Assembly: GCA_012026655.1 (NCBI GenBank)
Contig: JAAILG010000136.1
Span: 1 to 64,000 of the forward strand
Length of the DNA stretch: 64,000 nt
Direction of reading: 5' to 3'
DNA from: Hydrolagus affinis
Lineage: Eukaryota
The notes below the pieces were generated by a model that was not told the origin of the DNA, made no database searches, and saw only the letters and a list, made by a program, of their open reading frames with translations. The translations under genes were made by a program, and so were the position numbers. This document shows, piece after piece, positions 13,928 to 27,800 of the stretch; the stretch's first letter is position 1; every line of letters begins with the position of its first letter.

Positions 13928-14006
13928 GCCTGGAAGCATACTCTATGGCATTGACAGCATGCCTGATCTCCGGCGACAAAAGACAATGCCCATTGTTCGG
14001 GATGTG
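13928..14006 (+). CDS. UNC13C: UNC13C exon ([26 protein letters not shown])
   Basis: TTTAG acceptor, GTG|GTGAGT donor; conserved IDSMPD motif of the UNC13 family. Confidence 0.93.
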
Positions 14007-14642
14007 GTGAGTTATCTAGTTTGAATTGTTTGAAGTTTGCTGTACTAAATTGAAAGAACACCGGGGCCATTAAAAAACAAAGTACTTTTACTTTTAAGGT
14101 GGTTGGTGTCATCCCTGAAACACACCCCATTCCCTTATAATTGATTTACTGTAAGCAACTACGCTGGATGCCAGGGGTAATTGGTTCGTCCCAAACCCCT
14201 CCCTCCCTCTTAACCAACCTGACTGATATTGGGAGTTTATCATGAGAAGTAAACTGATACATCACTGATACATACATCAGTGTCAACACATCCAAGTCAA
14301 TACTCAATGACAGTTATGCATTCTCCTTTCGTTCGATGTGTTAAGAGCCTTTATTACTAACTTCAAGTTAAATGCAAACACGCTCTGTGCTCTGAAAGCC
14401 AAATGCAATTTCAAAACACTTCAAAGAAAATTTCTCACTTTCAAGTTTAAGGAACTTGGAAAAGTATGAAACAGATACGTACCAACATTGTTTTAAAGCT
14501 TAATCAATGCAAAAATGAGTTTCTCAACTGTGCAGAGGTAATATTCACCACACTGTGCTTCAGTCATTTCAATTGCTAATGAGACAGCGGATGTAATAAC
14601 TAACCTTTGTAATTTCTTTCTTATGCTTCTTGGATTAAACAG

Positions 14643-14648
14643 GCAATG
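14643..14648 (+). CDS. UNC13C: UNC13C 6-nt microexon (Ala-Met)
   Basis: ACTAAC branch-point-like site (14599-14604), pyrimidine tract, AACAG|GCAATG|GTAAGT; restores ...RDV-AM-TLAARK. Confidence 0.88.
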
Positions 14649-15959
14649 GTAAGTTTGTATGGAGTGCAGTGTGATACGTTAAGCTGGAAAATACCAGTCA
14701 CAGGATTTACTGTACTTTCTGTATCCCCGCTCATTCAGCAGACTTTTGGTTAAAGTTTCTGTAAAATAATGTCTTTGATTTATATATGTTAGTGAAATAA
14801 TGATGCTGTAAATTTTAAGTTACTGGTGAATAGGATTTGTGACATTTATTGGTGACTCGTATTAATTAATAAATCCTCATGACAGTAATTACTTGTGAAA
14901 AGTTTTGATATGTTGCAACATAAAAGGTGCTCTAAAAATCCTAAAATCTGCAAATAAAAAGGAAGCCAGATGTTGACTAAGGGGCAAATTAAACTTTTAA
15001 ACTAATTTCCTTCAAGCAAAGCACATGATAACTTAAATATGCAAGTCCCTAGGTCAGTGGTCTCGTCTATAATGAGTCATTTATCATCGGGCTGAATTGC
15101 CCTATCTGCAAACCCAATCTGTCTAGTGTTAACATTTAATGCCCTCTGCGCCATTTGTCATCTTCTGTTTGACAAAGTTTGACAAACGCAGCCTGAAAAT
15201 GATTGCATATTCATTTAGTAGATTAAATCACCAATAGCTGACTAATTTTCAACACGCCAATTTAAAATCTAATCTTGTTCATTTGGTCCTTGCTTTTTAA
15301 AGAGTTAGAAAGGATGCAGAGTAGACACCCCAGGAAGTGACACTGATGACTTTTTTCAGGAAACAGTGTCAATAACTCTTCATTATCCTTATTATGCAAA
15401 TCAGAGGTGAGCCTTGTTGCTATCTACATCAAACTCCACATACTGTATATGTTTTTAATTTTGTTTCCAACATTTGAAAACATTGCTGGGTGCATTTGAG
15501 CAAGACATTCCCACTTGTTTTTTTTTCAATGAGACTCTCCAAGCTCAAGCAAATTTCTGATTCAAAACAAAAGAAATCTTAGCAACTGTGTGCGTTCAAT
15601 GTCCTCAATCTCAATGCGCAATGGAAGTACTGAAAAAAAATTGATGATTCTTTTCATTGTTAAAACAAATCTGAACAGAATACTTCAATAACAATGGAAG
15701 AGAACACAGTGAAAGCAGACACCTAAGATTTGATTTTGTTCATTGAGTATTAATTATAAACCACTTTAGCACATGCAACCCTACTCAATAACTCCATTAA
15801 TTTCTTTTGGAGAGGAGGGGGATCCAATTGGAAAAGGGTTAGTTTGCACACCCTTCATCGCATCAGTTTTGAGTGCACAGCTATTATTTACATGGATTCT
15901 TTTCCATCTCTCGTTTCATCTCTTACTAGTTGCACTTTTTTTTTCTCCCGCCTCAACAG

Positions 15960-16031
15960 ACTCTTGCTGCCCGAAAGGCAGGCATATCTTTTGCTATGGC
16001 CACCAGAACCTCACTAAACAATGAAGAATTG
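15960..16031 (+). CDS. UNC13C: UNC13C exon (TLAARKAGISFAMATRTSLNNEEL)
   Basis: CAG acceptor after T tract; TTG|GTAAGT; 72 nt, phase 0-0. Confidence 0.94.
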
Positions 16032-18040
16032 GTAAGTGGGTTTGTTTATGTGTTTATCAGCACAACTTTTATCAGTCACCCAGTGAATTAGAGGAGAGCT
16101 ATGGGACATCATGGTCTTCGAGCTACTAAGAGGGCAGCACCTATTTGTGCTTACACAGCACAACGCTTAAAATCTCTAAAGAACTGGGGGTGCCGGTAAA
16201 ACTAGTACATATAAACATATTCTCAATCATTCTTTTATCCTATGCAAACTTCAACCTCACTACATTACCCATGATCTATGAATCCCGGTAAATCTGCAGT
16301 TTTCCTAAGGGTTGATCCTGGCTGAGAATAGAGGAAAACGCTCACTATGAAAATGATACAAATATCAGCGAGGGGAGGCGCGCGGGGTGGAGGGAGGGAG
16401 AGAAGCAATTATATTGGTGGTCTGTTTTGTGCAGTTCACATCAAGGGAAAGCTTTGCGTGAAGTGATGGCAATTACTTGGTGTTTCTCATTCTCTGTGTT
16501 TAGTGACACTGCAGCACATTGCGCAACAAATTATGCAGTAAGTCTTTGAGAAAGTTTTCTAGACAGGCAGAGAGAAAGCCACTGTGTTGTTAAACACTGA
16601 GTGAGGTGACAAGCAGGCGAAGCAAATCAAGTGTAAGTAAGAGTCAGTTGAATTGACTACCAACATATCAGATGGTCATTGAATGAATTTGGTCCAGGGT
16701 TGAACTAGCAGAGTTCAAAACATTTAGAAGGGCAACAAATAACTCCAGCGTCCTTTCATACAGACTCCTTATGAATGAGACTTGTGATAAGGCTGTCTGA
16801 CATTTGTTGAAAGAAAGTGTTTGGTACATTACTGCAAGCACCTCACCTGCCAAACTACCAATTTCCACATTGGTCACGCATCACTAATTTATTTTCGAAA
16901 CATTCTTCCCTGAGCTTCTTCACTCACGCTTCACATTTGTTGAGGAAAGTGGACCCCATTTTGGAAAATTAAATCAAATGTAAATTTGCTTTTCTATGGT
17001 TTTAAATAAGTGCTTTGATTGACCAATGACCTGTTCTGAAGCGTAGTTTCAATTGAATGGCTTCATACATTGAAATCCCATAAAATGGAAAGAGAGTTAG
17101 AAGCAGTGAGGCATAGCTAATTACATGCATTGTCCAACGCAACAGTGCATTTACCTATGGCAACCATGTATTTTAGTGCAGAAGGATTGATATATTAAAA
17201 TACCACTTGTAAAATAGTTAACAAGTCAGATTTTATCACTGGTAAAATGATACGATGGATGTAACATTCACTGCCAGATCACTTTGGGTAGAATTACTTA
17301 AAGGAATTCTGAAGATAAATTGGAAACTGTAGGCGTAAAGATGTGTCATTTGAAATGATCTTCCAAAAGACTCCCTCGTATCTATCATTCCAAACTGTCC
17401 AGTCGATTTACAACTTGTACAGCTTTCAATACATAATATACGGATGTATTTCTTTGAAATATAACCATTGTGTACATGCACTGACTGTATCCAAGCTAAT
17501 GTTTGGGAATAAAATATCTGATTTTTTTTCTAATGTTCGTTAATCTCAAATTATATTCTTTACTGCCTTAGTCATTTAAACCCGAATGCTGAGGAATTCG
17601 GATAGAAAAAATTTACCCAAATTCTGTTTGATATGTTTACATTATAAAGTATATTAAATTGCCTACAAATTCAATCTGTTTAAGAATAGCATGTACAGTT
17701 ATGATCCCAAATATACAAACTTTTGGTGATACTATTGCTAAAAGTGCTTTGCTGAAGTTACTTATAACCAGAATCAAGCGAGATTTTTGAGTTTGGGTGA
17801 TGTCACTTGGATTGTATCTCTGATTCTATTAATCTTATTATAGGATATGATATATTGTAAAGCGCCTCAAACCAATTTCATATGCTATATCTTGTTGTAT
17901 CATCGAGAATCCAAAACCATCAGATTTAAAATTTCACATGTAAATATGCAAATAGCAGTCAAGTATTCTTAGCCTTCAATGATGTGAGACAAAGCGGTGC
18001 GATTTAATTGAAATGAACAGATTCCAGTTCTTCATCTTAA

Positions 18041-18283
<243 letters not shown>

Positions 18284-18999
18284 TGATTGACTTTCACTGA
18301 GAGAAGGAGAGATGGCCAGAATCCTGCTCACAATCACAGTACAGAGCAGTTGCGGTGTGAGGCCCTGAATGCAGAACTTTAGAAAACAACCTACAAAGCA
18401 GTCTATATTTGGAAATTTTTGCTGATGCTGCCCTGTTTGATTTTGTGCCAAAATTGGAGCCTCTACCTGCAAGCCATTTAATGTCCATTGGAAATCAGCG
18501 CTGATCGCTGCTACCTGGAATTGCCGGATGGGGCCTTCAAATGGTTTTCAATTCTGTTTTCTTACGGTTTTGTCAATCGAGCTGTATTTCCGTTTAAATT
18601 TAACAAAAATAACTCCAGCAATGGCAATCTTCGACCCTCAAATGATTTTTAATTACTGTAAATATGGAATATATACTTTGTAGCAGGCAAAGGCCTTTTG
18701 CACTGGAGGAATTACTGGAGCCAAGATACATTAGTGATCACCAGCAGCAAGACATTTCACTGACTTTTATAAGTCAGGACTTCTAAATAATAATATAGAT
18801 TACTACAACATTACATAGATAACATTCAAGATCTTGAAATTAAATTGATCTGCTCCATAAGTTCTGGTAAACTAAAAAATGATTTAATAGGGAGTATTTG
18901 TTCCATCATCAAGATAGAGAATTGTTCAAAGTTTCTAGTTTGGAAACTCTTTCAATGTTTCCGCCCCCACCACCCCACCCCACCCCCTCCCAACTCCAG

Positions 19000-19227
19000 G
19001 TGCAGCTGAGAAAAGTTCCAAACACGGAGCAGAGGACAAGACGCAAAATATCATCACAGCCATGAAAGAGAGAATGAAGATCCGGGAGCAAAACAACCCG
19101 GAGATTTTTGAGCTGATTCAAGAGCAATTCCAAGTGTCAAAAGAAAACTATGCACAAAATTTAAAAGCAGCGAAGCAGAACGTCCTGGATGGGACTTCCA
19201 AGTGGTCAGCAAAGTTAACCATAACAG
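19000..19227 (+). CDS. UNC13C: UNC13C exon, C1-C2B linker ([15 protein letters not shown]...[13 protein letters not shown])
   Basis: Open frame, phase 1-1; CCAG acceptor, CAG|GTTAGA donor. Confidence 0.96.
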
Positions 19228-19301
19228 GTTAGATTCTCTTATGATTAATTAGTTGTTTCAACCTGTTGATGTGTCCAAAATGAGGGGGTGTAAATATAAT
19301 C

Positions 19302-19401
19302 TCAACACAGAAGTCATTGGGAACATGCAGTAGGCCGGGCAGCATCTACGGAGAGAGGAAAATTAGTTACTATTTTAGGTCAATGGCCATTGGTCAGAAC
19401 T
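19302..19401 (-). mobile_element. Degenerate copy of the Penelope-like repeat
   Basis: gggcagcatctacggagagaggaaa...ggtcagaact. Confidence 0.65.
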
Positions 19402-20271
19402 TGCCAAAACACAGCAGTGAAAATGCGGAAGCCACTGCTTGAAACTGGTAGTTGAAGCAAAAAATGACGGTGGATTTTAGAGGAAACTTGATCTGTACAT
19501 GAAAGAGATGGAATAGAGTGTAGGAGTTTAAGATGGATGGAGGCTGGTGTAATAGCAGCAAAATCCCATGTGAAGGGCACTGTATAAATACAAGTTGTTG
19601 TTCTATTAAATTATTATGCTCAGTGTCCCATGATTTCCCTACAATTGAGCAATAGGTGACTTCACTCCTAGCAGTATAAATACTGGATTAGAAGCAAATA
19701 ATGTATGTATTATAAATCAGACTGCTTAAAACTGTGGATTTGATTAATCACCAAGGGATCAAGTTTAAATGCCTTTCCAGGAAAAATAAGAAAGCAATTT
19801 GGCTTTAACTAAACACCGCAGAGCCATCAGATTTTAAATTTCAAATAGTAGTCAAGTATTCTTAGCCTCCAATGATGTGAGACGAAGCAGTAGGATTTAA
19901 GATGTCACAATACCGCAAACACTAACCGATCTGAATTACCATGAAAAATATTCCTATTCCTGCTTCAAATTCAAAACTTTAGTTTGTGATTTAGTTAGTA
20001 TTTGCTGTGAATATTAAAACTGGCCAGACAAACGTTTAGCTGTTTCCTGAAAATAACAGTTAAAAACCCACAAAACTTCATAGCAAACTGTTTGAAATTA
20101 GTACCGCTGATGACTTTTGTACTAAGCCCCCTCCACCTACAAGCTGCTAATTGCAAGTAGGTTTGTGTGTCCAGTGATATTCCACGTATGTTTTGCTGCA
20201 GATTATCTTTGAAAGTTTGAGAGTTTTGAAGTACTTTGTTAAATATTCTAGGCTTTCCTTTGTGCTTACAG

Positions 20272-20413
20272 TGCTTTGTGCTCAGGGTTTACAAGCCAAA
20301 GACAAGACAGGCTCAAGTGACCCATATGTCACAGTTCAAGTGGGTAAAACCAAAAGGAGAACCAAAACCATTTTCGGAAATCTCAACCCCAACTGGGATG
20401 AAAAATTTCACTT
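20272..20413 (+). CDS. UNC13C: UNC13C exon, C2B domain part 1 ([25 protein letters not shown]...WDEKFH)
   Basis: C2 domain SSDPYV motif; ACAG acceptor, TT|GTAAGT donor. Confidence 0.97.
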
Positions 20414-22262
20414 GTAAGTATTGGTTTCTAAACGTAATGGTAATCACCACGTGAACAGACACTGACGTTGGGCATGTCTGAATTCCATAGGTTGCACGTA
20501 TTGCACATATTGTCTTACTTCCTGGTGGTCAAATCACAAAGAGTTGTAGTTTTTAATTTAAGGCTTTTTACAGCTCAAGCATTGTGTGCAGGCCAAAGAA
20601 GGAAAGGTTAGCACGGGCAATGGGGAGACTGATAACTGGGCTCAAAGCCTTTGAATCCTTTTAACACTTGAGACATCAATGCAGATTAAAATATGTCACT
20701 TTCATTTCTACGCCTCAGCTCTGGACACCAACCTTGGTGGAATTGGTGTTTTTTTTTGTCATCTCCAAACTATTGAATCTCTGCTTGCCAGCTGCTCTAG
20801 CTGTAATCACAAAGCAGTTTAAGTTGGCCAGAAGCCAGTTTGTATCCGTACATGCAGAGGGCAGAAAGCCGAATCTTGTTCTATGTCATTAAGTTGGGCT
20901 TTCTGCAAGGATCCCTTTCTGGTTGGAACTAAGGCAGATTCGATCACATCACCTCTGAAGTGGTTACTCTGGTTTCCTGGTGGTTCAGTATTTTGAACCT
21001 TTAAAGCCCAGATTTAGCGAAGCTGTGATATCTGCTTGCTCTCTGCAGAAGAGCACCACAACACAACCAGGAGAGGAATAGAAGATGAGGGGAGACTTTT
21101 ATAGGGCAAAATCACTGGCTAAAAGACTTCTTTCTTTATGTATCTCTATGTAGCTGATAGGGGTTTGACCAAAAATAAGAGATCATCGCTTGCGCAGCAG
21201 AAAATTGTTTGTTTGCTTTGGATATCTGATTACATTAATTAACAATGTTTTATGTAAAACCTGTATGGAAGCACTGATATCTATCCAAGTGTAATCTTGA
21301 TGTTGATATCATTGTTGCACATAATAAGTAACTTCTGAAACCCTCTGAGCTGTTCACTGGAGGGATGGAATCTTTCCCAGGCCATTATTACTTTGCTAAT
21401 AATGAAGAGCACAATAGCATAAGTTTCTGATTTGCAGAAACGTTGGGACATTGTGTGTGCTTTTTTAAATGCTTCAAGGGTGCAGAGTATCTTGCAGTAA
21501 AGCTTTTTATTCCAGCATTATCGATAATAATAATAATAATTTGATTGCAATTGATTGCGTCGGAAACACTTGCACTTGGGGAATTCTCCCAATGTGAAAG
21601 GCGCTTCTTTGCAAATGTAATTTTGTATTGTATTCTTGCTTGGAATTCTTGCCATTCTTCCTTAAAAACATCAATGTTCGAAATAATGTATTCTCACCAG
21701 ACTGGATGGAACGCAAACCCCAAATAAACACCATCACTTATCCTGAGTACAGTGCCTGTAATTCTATTTGGGTTTAATGATTTCAATCATGTGTCTGCAA
21801 TGTATTCCATTCTGTGCAGAATTACAGAGTATAACTAATTCTGAAGCCTCAGCCATATTCCCAGCAACAATTTATTTGACATCCCATTTGTCTTGCTGCA
21901 GGATAATTGTTGTAGGAAAATTACAACGAAACAAGAAAATGTTTTTCAGGTTGCAATGCACGGCTAAACGTTATGTGCAACCGTCCCGCAATGAATGGAT
22001 AACTAACCACGACCTTGCTTTTAATTAATCGTGCAATTCATTTGCTTGATTAATGCGTAGAATGAAAATTATGTTCCGGCGTAAAATTGTTTACGACTAT
22101 ATTCTGTAATATTGAAATGCTCCAAGACGCTAACCCTCATGAAAGGCACTGCATAATTGCAAGTTGTTGTTGTAATGGCAGTTACTTTTGCCTACACAAC
22201 CTACCTGTGAAGCCCTTCGAGATAATTCAACATGAGGTTACCAAAGAGCAAGTTATTTCTGA

Positions 22263-22750
<488 letters not shown>

Positions 22751-23847
22751 CCTTTCCCACTATTGCTTGGTTGAAAGTAAAGACTCTTGTCTGTAATTCT
22801 TTTTTCACCTGGTCATCGTTTTCACTGTTCTTCAACACAAAGAGAAACAACTGATGTGTAAAATACTGCCTGATAACATCAACAACAAAATTGCACTTGT
22901 CTTTCACGTCAGGAGGACGTCCCAAGAGGCTGGACAATCAATGATTGTTTGATTATGCAGAAAGTTGCAATTCAGCAAACCTCCAGTAAAATATTATGAA
23001 GCTAAATGAAAGACAAGATGAACGAACAATCGCTATGCAGCAAATTATGTCCAACAGTTCTCAAACAATTAGCTCTCTGAAAACATCCCAAATTGCTGTC
23101 TGCAGAGAGCTTTATAGCAGCTTTGTGACCTATAGATTCAAGATTCAAACATTCTTCGGGGTATAAGATCTATATAACGGATTTTCATGTTCCCGGTTTA
23201 TACTGCTAGGAGAAGAGATTTATTGTCGCCTTAAACTGTGAAGTGATTAGGAGTGGAAAGCCAGAGGCTGTGGAGAGGTTGCTTATAGACATACTAGCAG
23301 GAGAGCTAATGCTAACTCGTGTCAAGCACACTGATTCTTTTTTTATGATTGTATTTTTTAAATCGCTGTCACTTGAGTGGTTCGTTAATGTTAAAGGTCT
23401 CGTGACAGTTCTTGGACAGTGGAACTTTTAAGGCACCAATTTTTTTGGAGGCTAAATTGATTTGCACTGCAATAATTAAGCTAAAGGGCTGGATCGATAT
23501 TTATTTATATTTGCATCAATGCACGTCAGTTTGCGGCACGCCAAAATCATCTCCTCAAAATGGTCTGGCTGTGTTGCTCTTGAGAGCAAATTATCGTGGC
23601 TAAAATCAGAAATTACCCTGATTACCCTGAAATTACCCTTGCGGTGATTCACCGTGAAAAGCACAGTTTCATCTCGGTATCATTTTCTGTCTTTGCTTAA
23701 ACCATTCTCTTTAACAATGGTTAGGTAGCTATATACTCTACTGTTGTTTTAACACAAAGTTTGTACCACACATCAAGGCTTTCGAGTCCAGAGCAAATTT
23801 GTGACTGTTGTAAATAAAAGGCGTTCTTTCCTATTATATTTTGGAGC

Positions 23848-24054
23848 ATAATAATAATCCTTGCATTTGATATAGCACTTTTCACATATTCTAGACGTCT
23901 CAAAGCACTCCACAGAATATATTGTAAAGTGAATAAACTTCATATTTGTGGGCGAAATGTAATAGCAAATTGCACACAGCAGTGTCCCCAAACAGTCATG
24001 GAAACTTGCCCAAGGTTTCACCCTGCTGGAAATAATACTCAGGTCTCTCGCTTA
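23848..24054 (-). mobile_element. SINE family A, internally deleted copy
   Basis: Reverse-complement match to tail and part of head. Confidence 0.85.
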
Positions 24055-24290
24055 CCATCACAGGACACCTAATAAACCAAGTGTTAGCCTAGCAGAGAAA
24101 TGCTATCAAACATTAACTTTTAAAAGTTGTAATCCTGCCTAACTTTGCCTCCACAGAGTTATGATGTAAGATATTCATCTCTTTTACTTTTATTTTTTAA
24201 CCAAATCAGTATTTTTCTTTTAATTAGCCAGGACCTCAGTGACCTCAGTTGATCTTCTAGATAGTAATTTGGGAATGAAAATCCAGTCAT

Positions 24291-24822
24291 AAAAAGTTAG
24301 TCTGCAGGTACAGCAAGCAATTAGGAAGGCTAACGGTATGTTGGCATTCATTATAAAAGGGTTAGAATATATGAGTAGGGAAGTCTTGCTGCAGCTGTAT
24401 AGGGCCCTGGTGAGACCGAACCTGGAATATTGTGTGCAGTTTTGGTCTCCTTATTTAAGAAAGGATGTACTCACCTTGGAGGGAAACACTAGGTTGGTAC
24501 CTGGGATGAGGGGAATGAATTATGAGGATAGGTTGAGCAATCTAGGCCTATATTCTCTAGAATACAGTGTAGAAGAATTAGAGGTGATCTTATAGGAATC
24601 TATAAGATTATTAAGGGGCAAGACAGAGTAGATAGTGGGAGCTATTTCCCCTGGTTGGAGAAACTATAACCAGGGGTCACATTCTTATAATTAGGGGTCA
24701 GCCCTTTCGCACTGAGTTGAGAAAAAAAACTTCTTCACTAGTGAATTTATGGAATTCTGTATCCCAAAGGGCTGTAGATGCTAAGTCGTTGAACATATTC
24801 AAGACTGAGATTGATAGATTGC
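24291..24822 (+). mobile_element. CR1-clade LINE fragment (ORF2 C-terminal region, decayed)
   Basis: KANGMLAFI..GLEYMSREVLLQLYRALVRPNLEYCVQFWSPYLRKD is a typical CR1 post-RT sequence; frameshifts and stops follow. Confidence 0.92.
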
Positions 24823-25075
24823 TGTAGTATCATCCCAGATTAAAGGAATAACAAAATTGTGTGAATTAAAGTGAATTTAGATGTGAATTAATGTGCAGGC
24901 TGAATTCATTATAACCTGGTAATCAGCTAGGGCTGTTTTTGATTCATGTTCAATTTCAAGTATTACCAGATATGCAAAATGTGGGTGATTTTCCCCTCCA
25001 TGTCAGCAAAGTGTTTACTGGTTTTGTTGTAATCAAGACCCAGCAATTTTAGTTGACAAGCAGCTTCTCTGTTAG

Positions 25076-25339
25076 AATAATAATAATAATAACTCTTGCA
25101 TTCGATTTAGCACTTTTCATGTCTTCTAGACATCTCAAAGCGCTTCACAGAATATACTGTAAAGTAAATTGACAAACAGTCATGGATTGAAGTGACCAAT
25201 TTATTATTTTCTTTTCTTGAGGGATTATTATCAGGCGTGTAGAGTAAGGAAACTTGCCCAAGGTTTCACCCTGCCAGGAATCGTATCCAGGTCTCTCGCT
25301 TGCGAGGCGAGTGCTCTAACCACTGAGCTACAGGACTCC
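25076..25339 (-). mobile_element. SINE family A copy with complete tRNA head and internal deletion
   Basis: Reverse complement of ggagtcctgtagctcagtggttagagcactcgcctcgcaagcgag. Confidence 0.9.
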
Positions 25340-25825
25340 ATTGTTTTGCAATAATAGATTGACTAATTGAACCATCAACCCAAGAGAAACTGAAATATGA
25401 TGGTCAGGCAGACTGTGTAATGTTTTCAGTAAGGCGGTGGGTGGGCGAGATAAGCACAAGCACACAGCCTGTAGTATTGGCTGGAAGGCAACAACTCAAT
25501 CCCAGATTCAGAACAAAGAAAGGAAACTTCCCAATGGGAGTCTTGGGGCTCATTAAGATGGCACTTGTCAAACTTTGGCAGTGTTACAAATCACTTGCCC
25601 AGAGGAGAGAGGTCCCGGGATCAAGGCGAAGGCTTATCATGACACATTGATAACTGAGGATGTGGTACAAAACCGTCAAGATCTCAGACAAATATTGAAC
25701 TTACTGAAGAGGAACACGGAAAAACACAATCAGAGCCTAGCCTAGTGCGCATTTGAGTAAACAAACAAGACCTTGTAAAGCTACTTAAGAATTCTAAGAC
25801 ACCAGTGAGCACAAAGTTGTGCTAT

Positions 25826-26118
25826 ATAATAATCCTTGCATTTGATATAGTGCTTTTCACGTCTTCTAGACATCTCAAAGCGCTTCACAGAATATACTGT
25901 AAATTAAATTGACTGTATATTTGTGGGTGAAACGCGGCAGCCAATTGTGCACAGCAGTGTCCCACAAACAGTCGTGGATTGAAACGACCAATTTATTGCA
26001 TTTTTTTAAAGGGATTATTATTAGGCGTGTGGAGTAAGGAAACTTGCCCAAGGTTTTACCCTGACGTGCCTGGATTCGAACAAGGTCTCATACCTGTAAG
26101 GCGAATGCTCCAACCACT
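25826..26118 (-). mobile_element. SINE family A copy
   Basis: Reverse-complement match along the full body. Confidence 0.9.
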
Positions 26119-26260
26119 CCACATCCTGTACTTATATGAATGCAAGTTGTCGGAGAATATGTTGAAGGCTAGAAATTATCGACGAGTAGTCACTTATAAA
26201 TCATTATCATTCAAATTAGTAGCAAACTCTGAAGCACGCACTGCAAAACACGTCAAATAA

Positions 26261-26410
<150 letters not shown>

Positions 26411-26418
26411 TAACAACA

Positions 26419-26742
26419 AATAATAATAATAATAATCCTTGAATTTGATATAGCGCTTTTCACATCTTCTAAACGTCACAAAGCACTTCACAGAATATAC
26501 TGTAAAGTGAATTGACTGTACATTTGTGGGTGAAACGCAGCAGCAAATTGTGTACAGCAGCGTCCCTCAAACAGTCGTGGATTGTAATGACCAATTTTAT
26601 TACTCAGGTTTTTTTGGAGGGATTACTATTAGGCATGTGGCGTAAGGAAACTTGCGCAAGTTTTCGCACTGACCTGCCTGGATTCGAACACAGGTCTCAC
26701 TCTTGTAAGGCGAGTGTTCTAACCACTGAGCTACAGGACTCC
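26419..26742 (-). mobile_element. SINE family A full-length copy, ~15 nt downstream of an exon donor
   Basis: Reverse-complement match from head to tail. Confidence 0.9.
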
Positions 26743-27416
26743 AAAAATCTAACAGAGATTCATGCACCTCAATTGACGGTTTCAAATGTACATCAATGAC
26801 GTTTTCATGAATAGTAACATAATCCATCAATAACTTTAGATACGCCAAGCCTTGTCCAAACTAATTACAAAAAACAGGATTCTTCTACGTATTTGGCTAA
26901 AGCTCTGAATGGAGATTCTCTTCTTTCGTTCCCACAAGTTGACTGTTCGAACGAACCTTCTTTCCTGCACAGATAGGCATTCCCTGTTCCGTGCCCCAGC
27001 AGTTTACAAATCGTTGTGTCTCTCGGGAAATTTGTTTGTCTATGCCTCCTCCTGTGTCCCAATTCTCCAGAACACTACTCAAGTGCATAATGTGCCAGAG
27101 GAACTCATTGATGCAGCACCAGTTATTTTTATTGCTGGTCTTTTCCACATACGCTGAGAGGAAATAAATATTTTAATTTATTTAGAATTCAGATTTTGAA
27201 TTGAACTTTTGAATTTTAAACCTGCACCTGTTGTGTGTGTATACATAATTTCTCTTAAAATTCATTGAATTTTCTGAATTTTTTTTTACAATTTTTTTAT
27301 CGATCGAAATATAGCAGTAAACATTAAAGTGAAAAGGGGGAATATCTCTCACTATTTAGACACGGTGAAATTATTTCAAAAGCTTAATTCAAAGATTTTC
27401 ATCCCTTTCACTCCAG

Positions 27417-27580
27417 AACCTGTTCAATTATTTGACTGAGGTCAAGTATAACGGTGTGGTGAAAATCCCGGAATTGAAAGGAGATGAGGCATGGAAAGTA
27501 TACTTTGGAGATTCCCCTCAAGAAATTGTGGATGAATTTGCGATACGCTATGGAATTGAATCAATTTACCAAGCGATGAC
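27417..27580 (+). CDS. UNC13C: UNC13C exon (NLFNYLTEV...[10 protein letters not shown])
   Basis: CTCCAG acceptor, GAC|GTAAGT donor. Confidence 0.96.
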
Positions 27581-27660
27581 GTAAGTGTCTTATTTTGTGT
27601 ACTTTCGGCACAGCAAATCCCCACAAACCAGCTTAAAAACCTCTCACTCCAAACAAGCCC

Positions 27661-27800
27661 CAGTTCTGATGAAGGGTTGTAGACCCGAAATGTTGACTCC
27701 TTTTCCTTTCTCCATGGATGCTGCTTGACCTGCTGAGTTTCCCCAGCCACTTTTGTTTTTGATTCAGATTCCCAGCATCTGTGGCGTTTTGTGTTTTGTT
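27661..27800 (+). mobile_element. Penelope-like repeat arm starting with a hammerhead motif
   Basis: agttCTGATGAagggttgtagacccGAAAtgttgact + conserved arm. Confidence 0.78.

Noticed and set aside
24338-24595. 85-aa ORF as an independent gene
   Set aside because: Decayed CR1 ORF2 fragment with deletions and stops.
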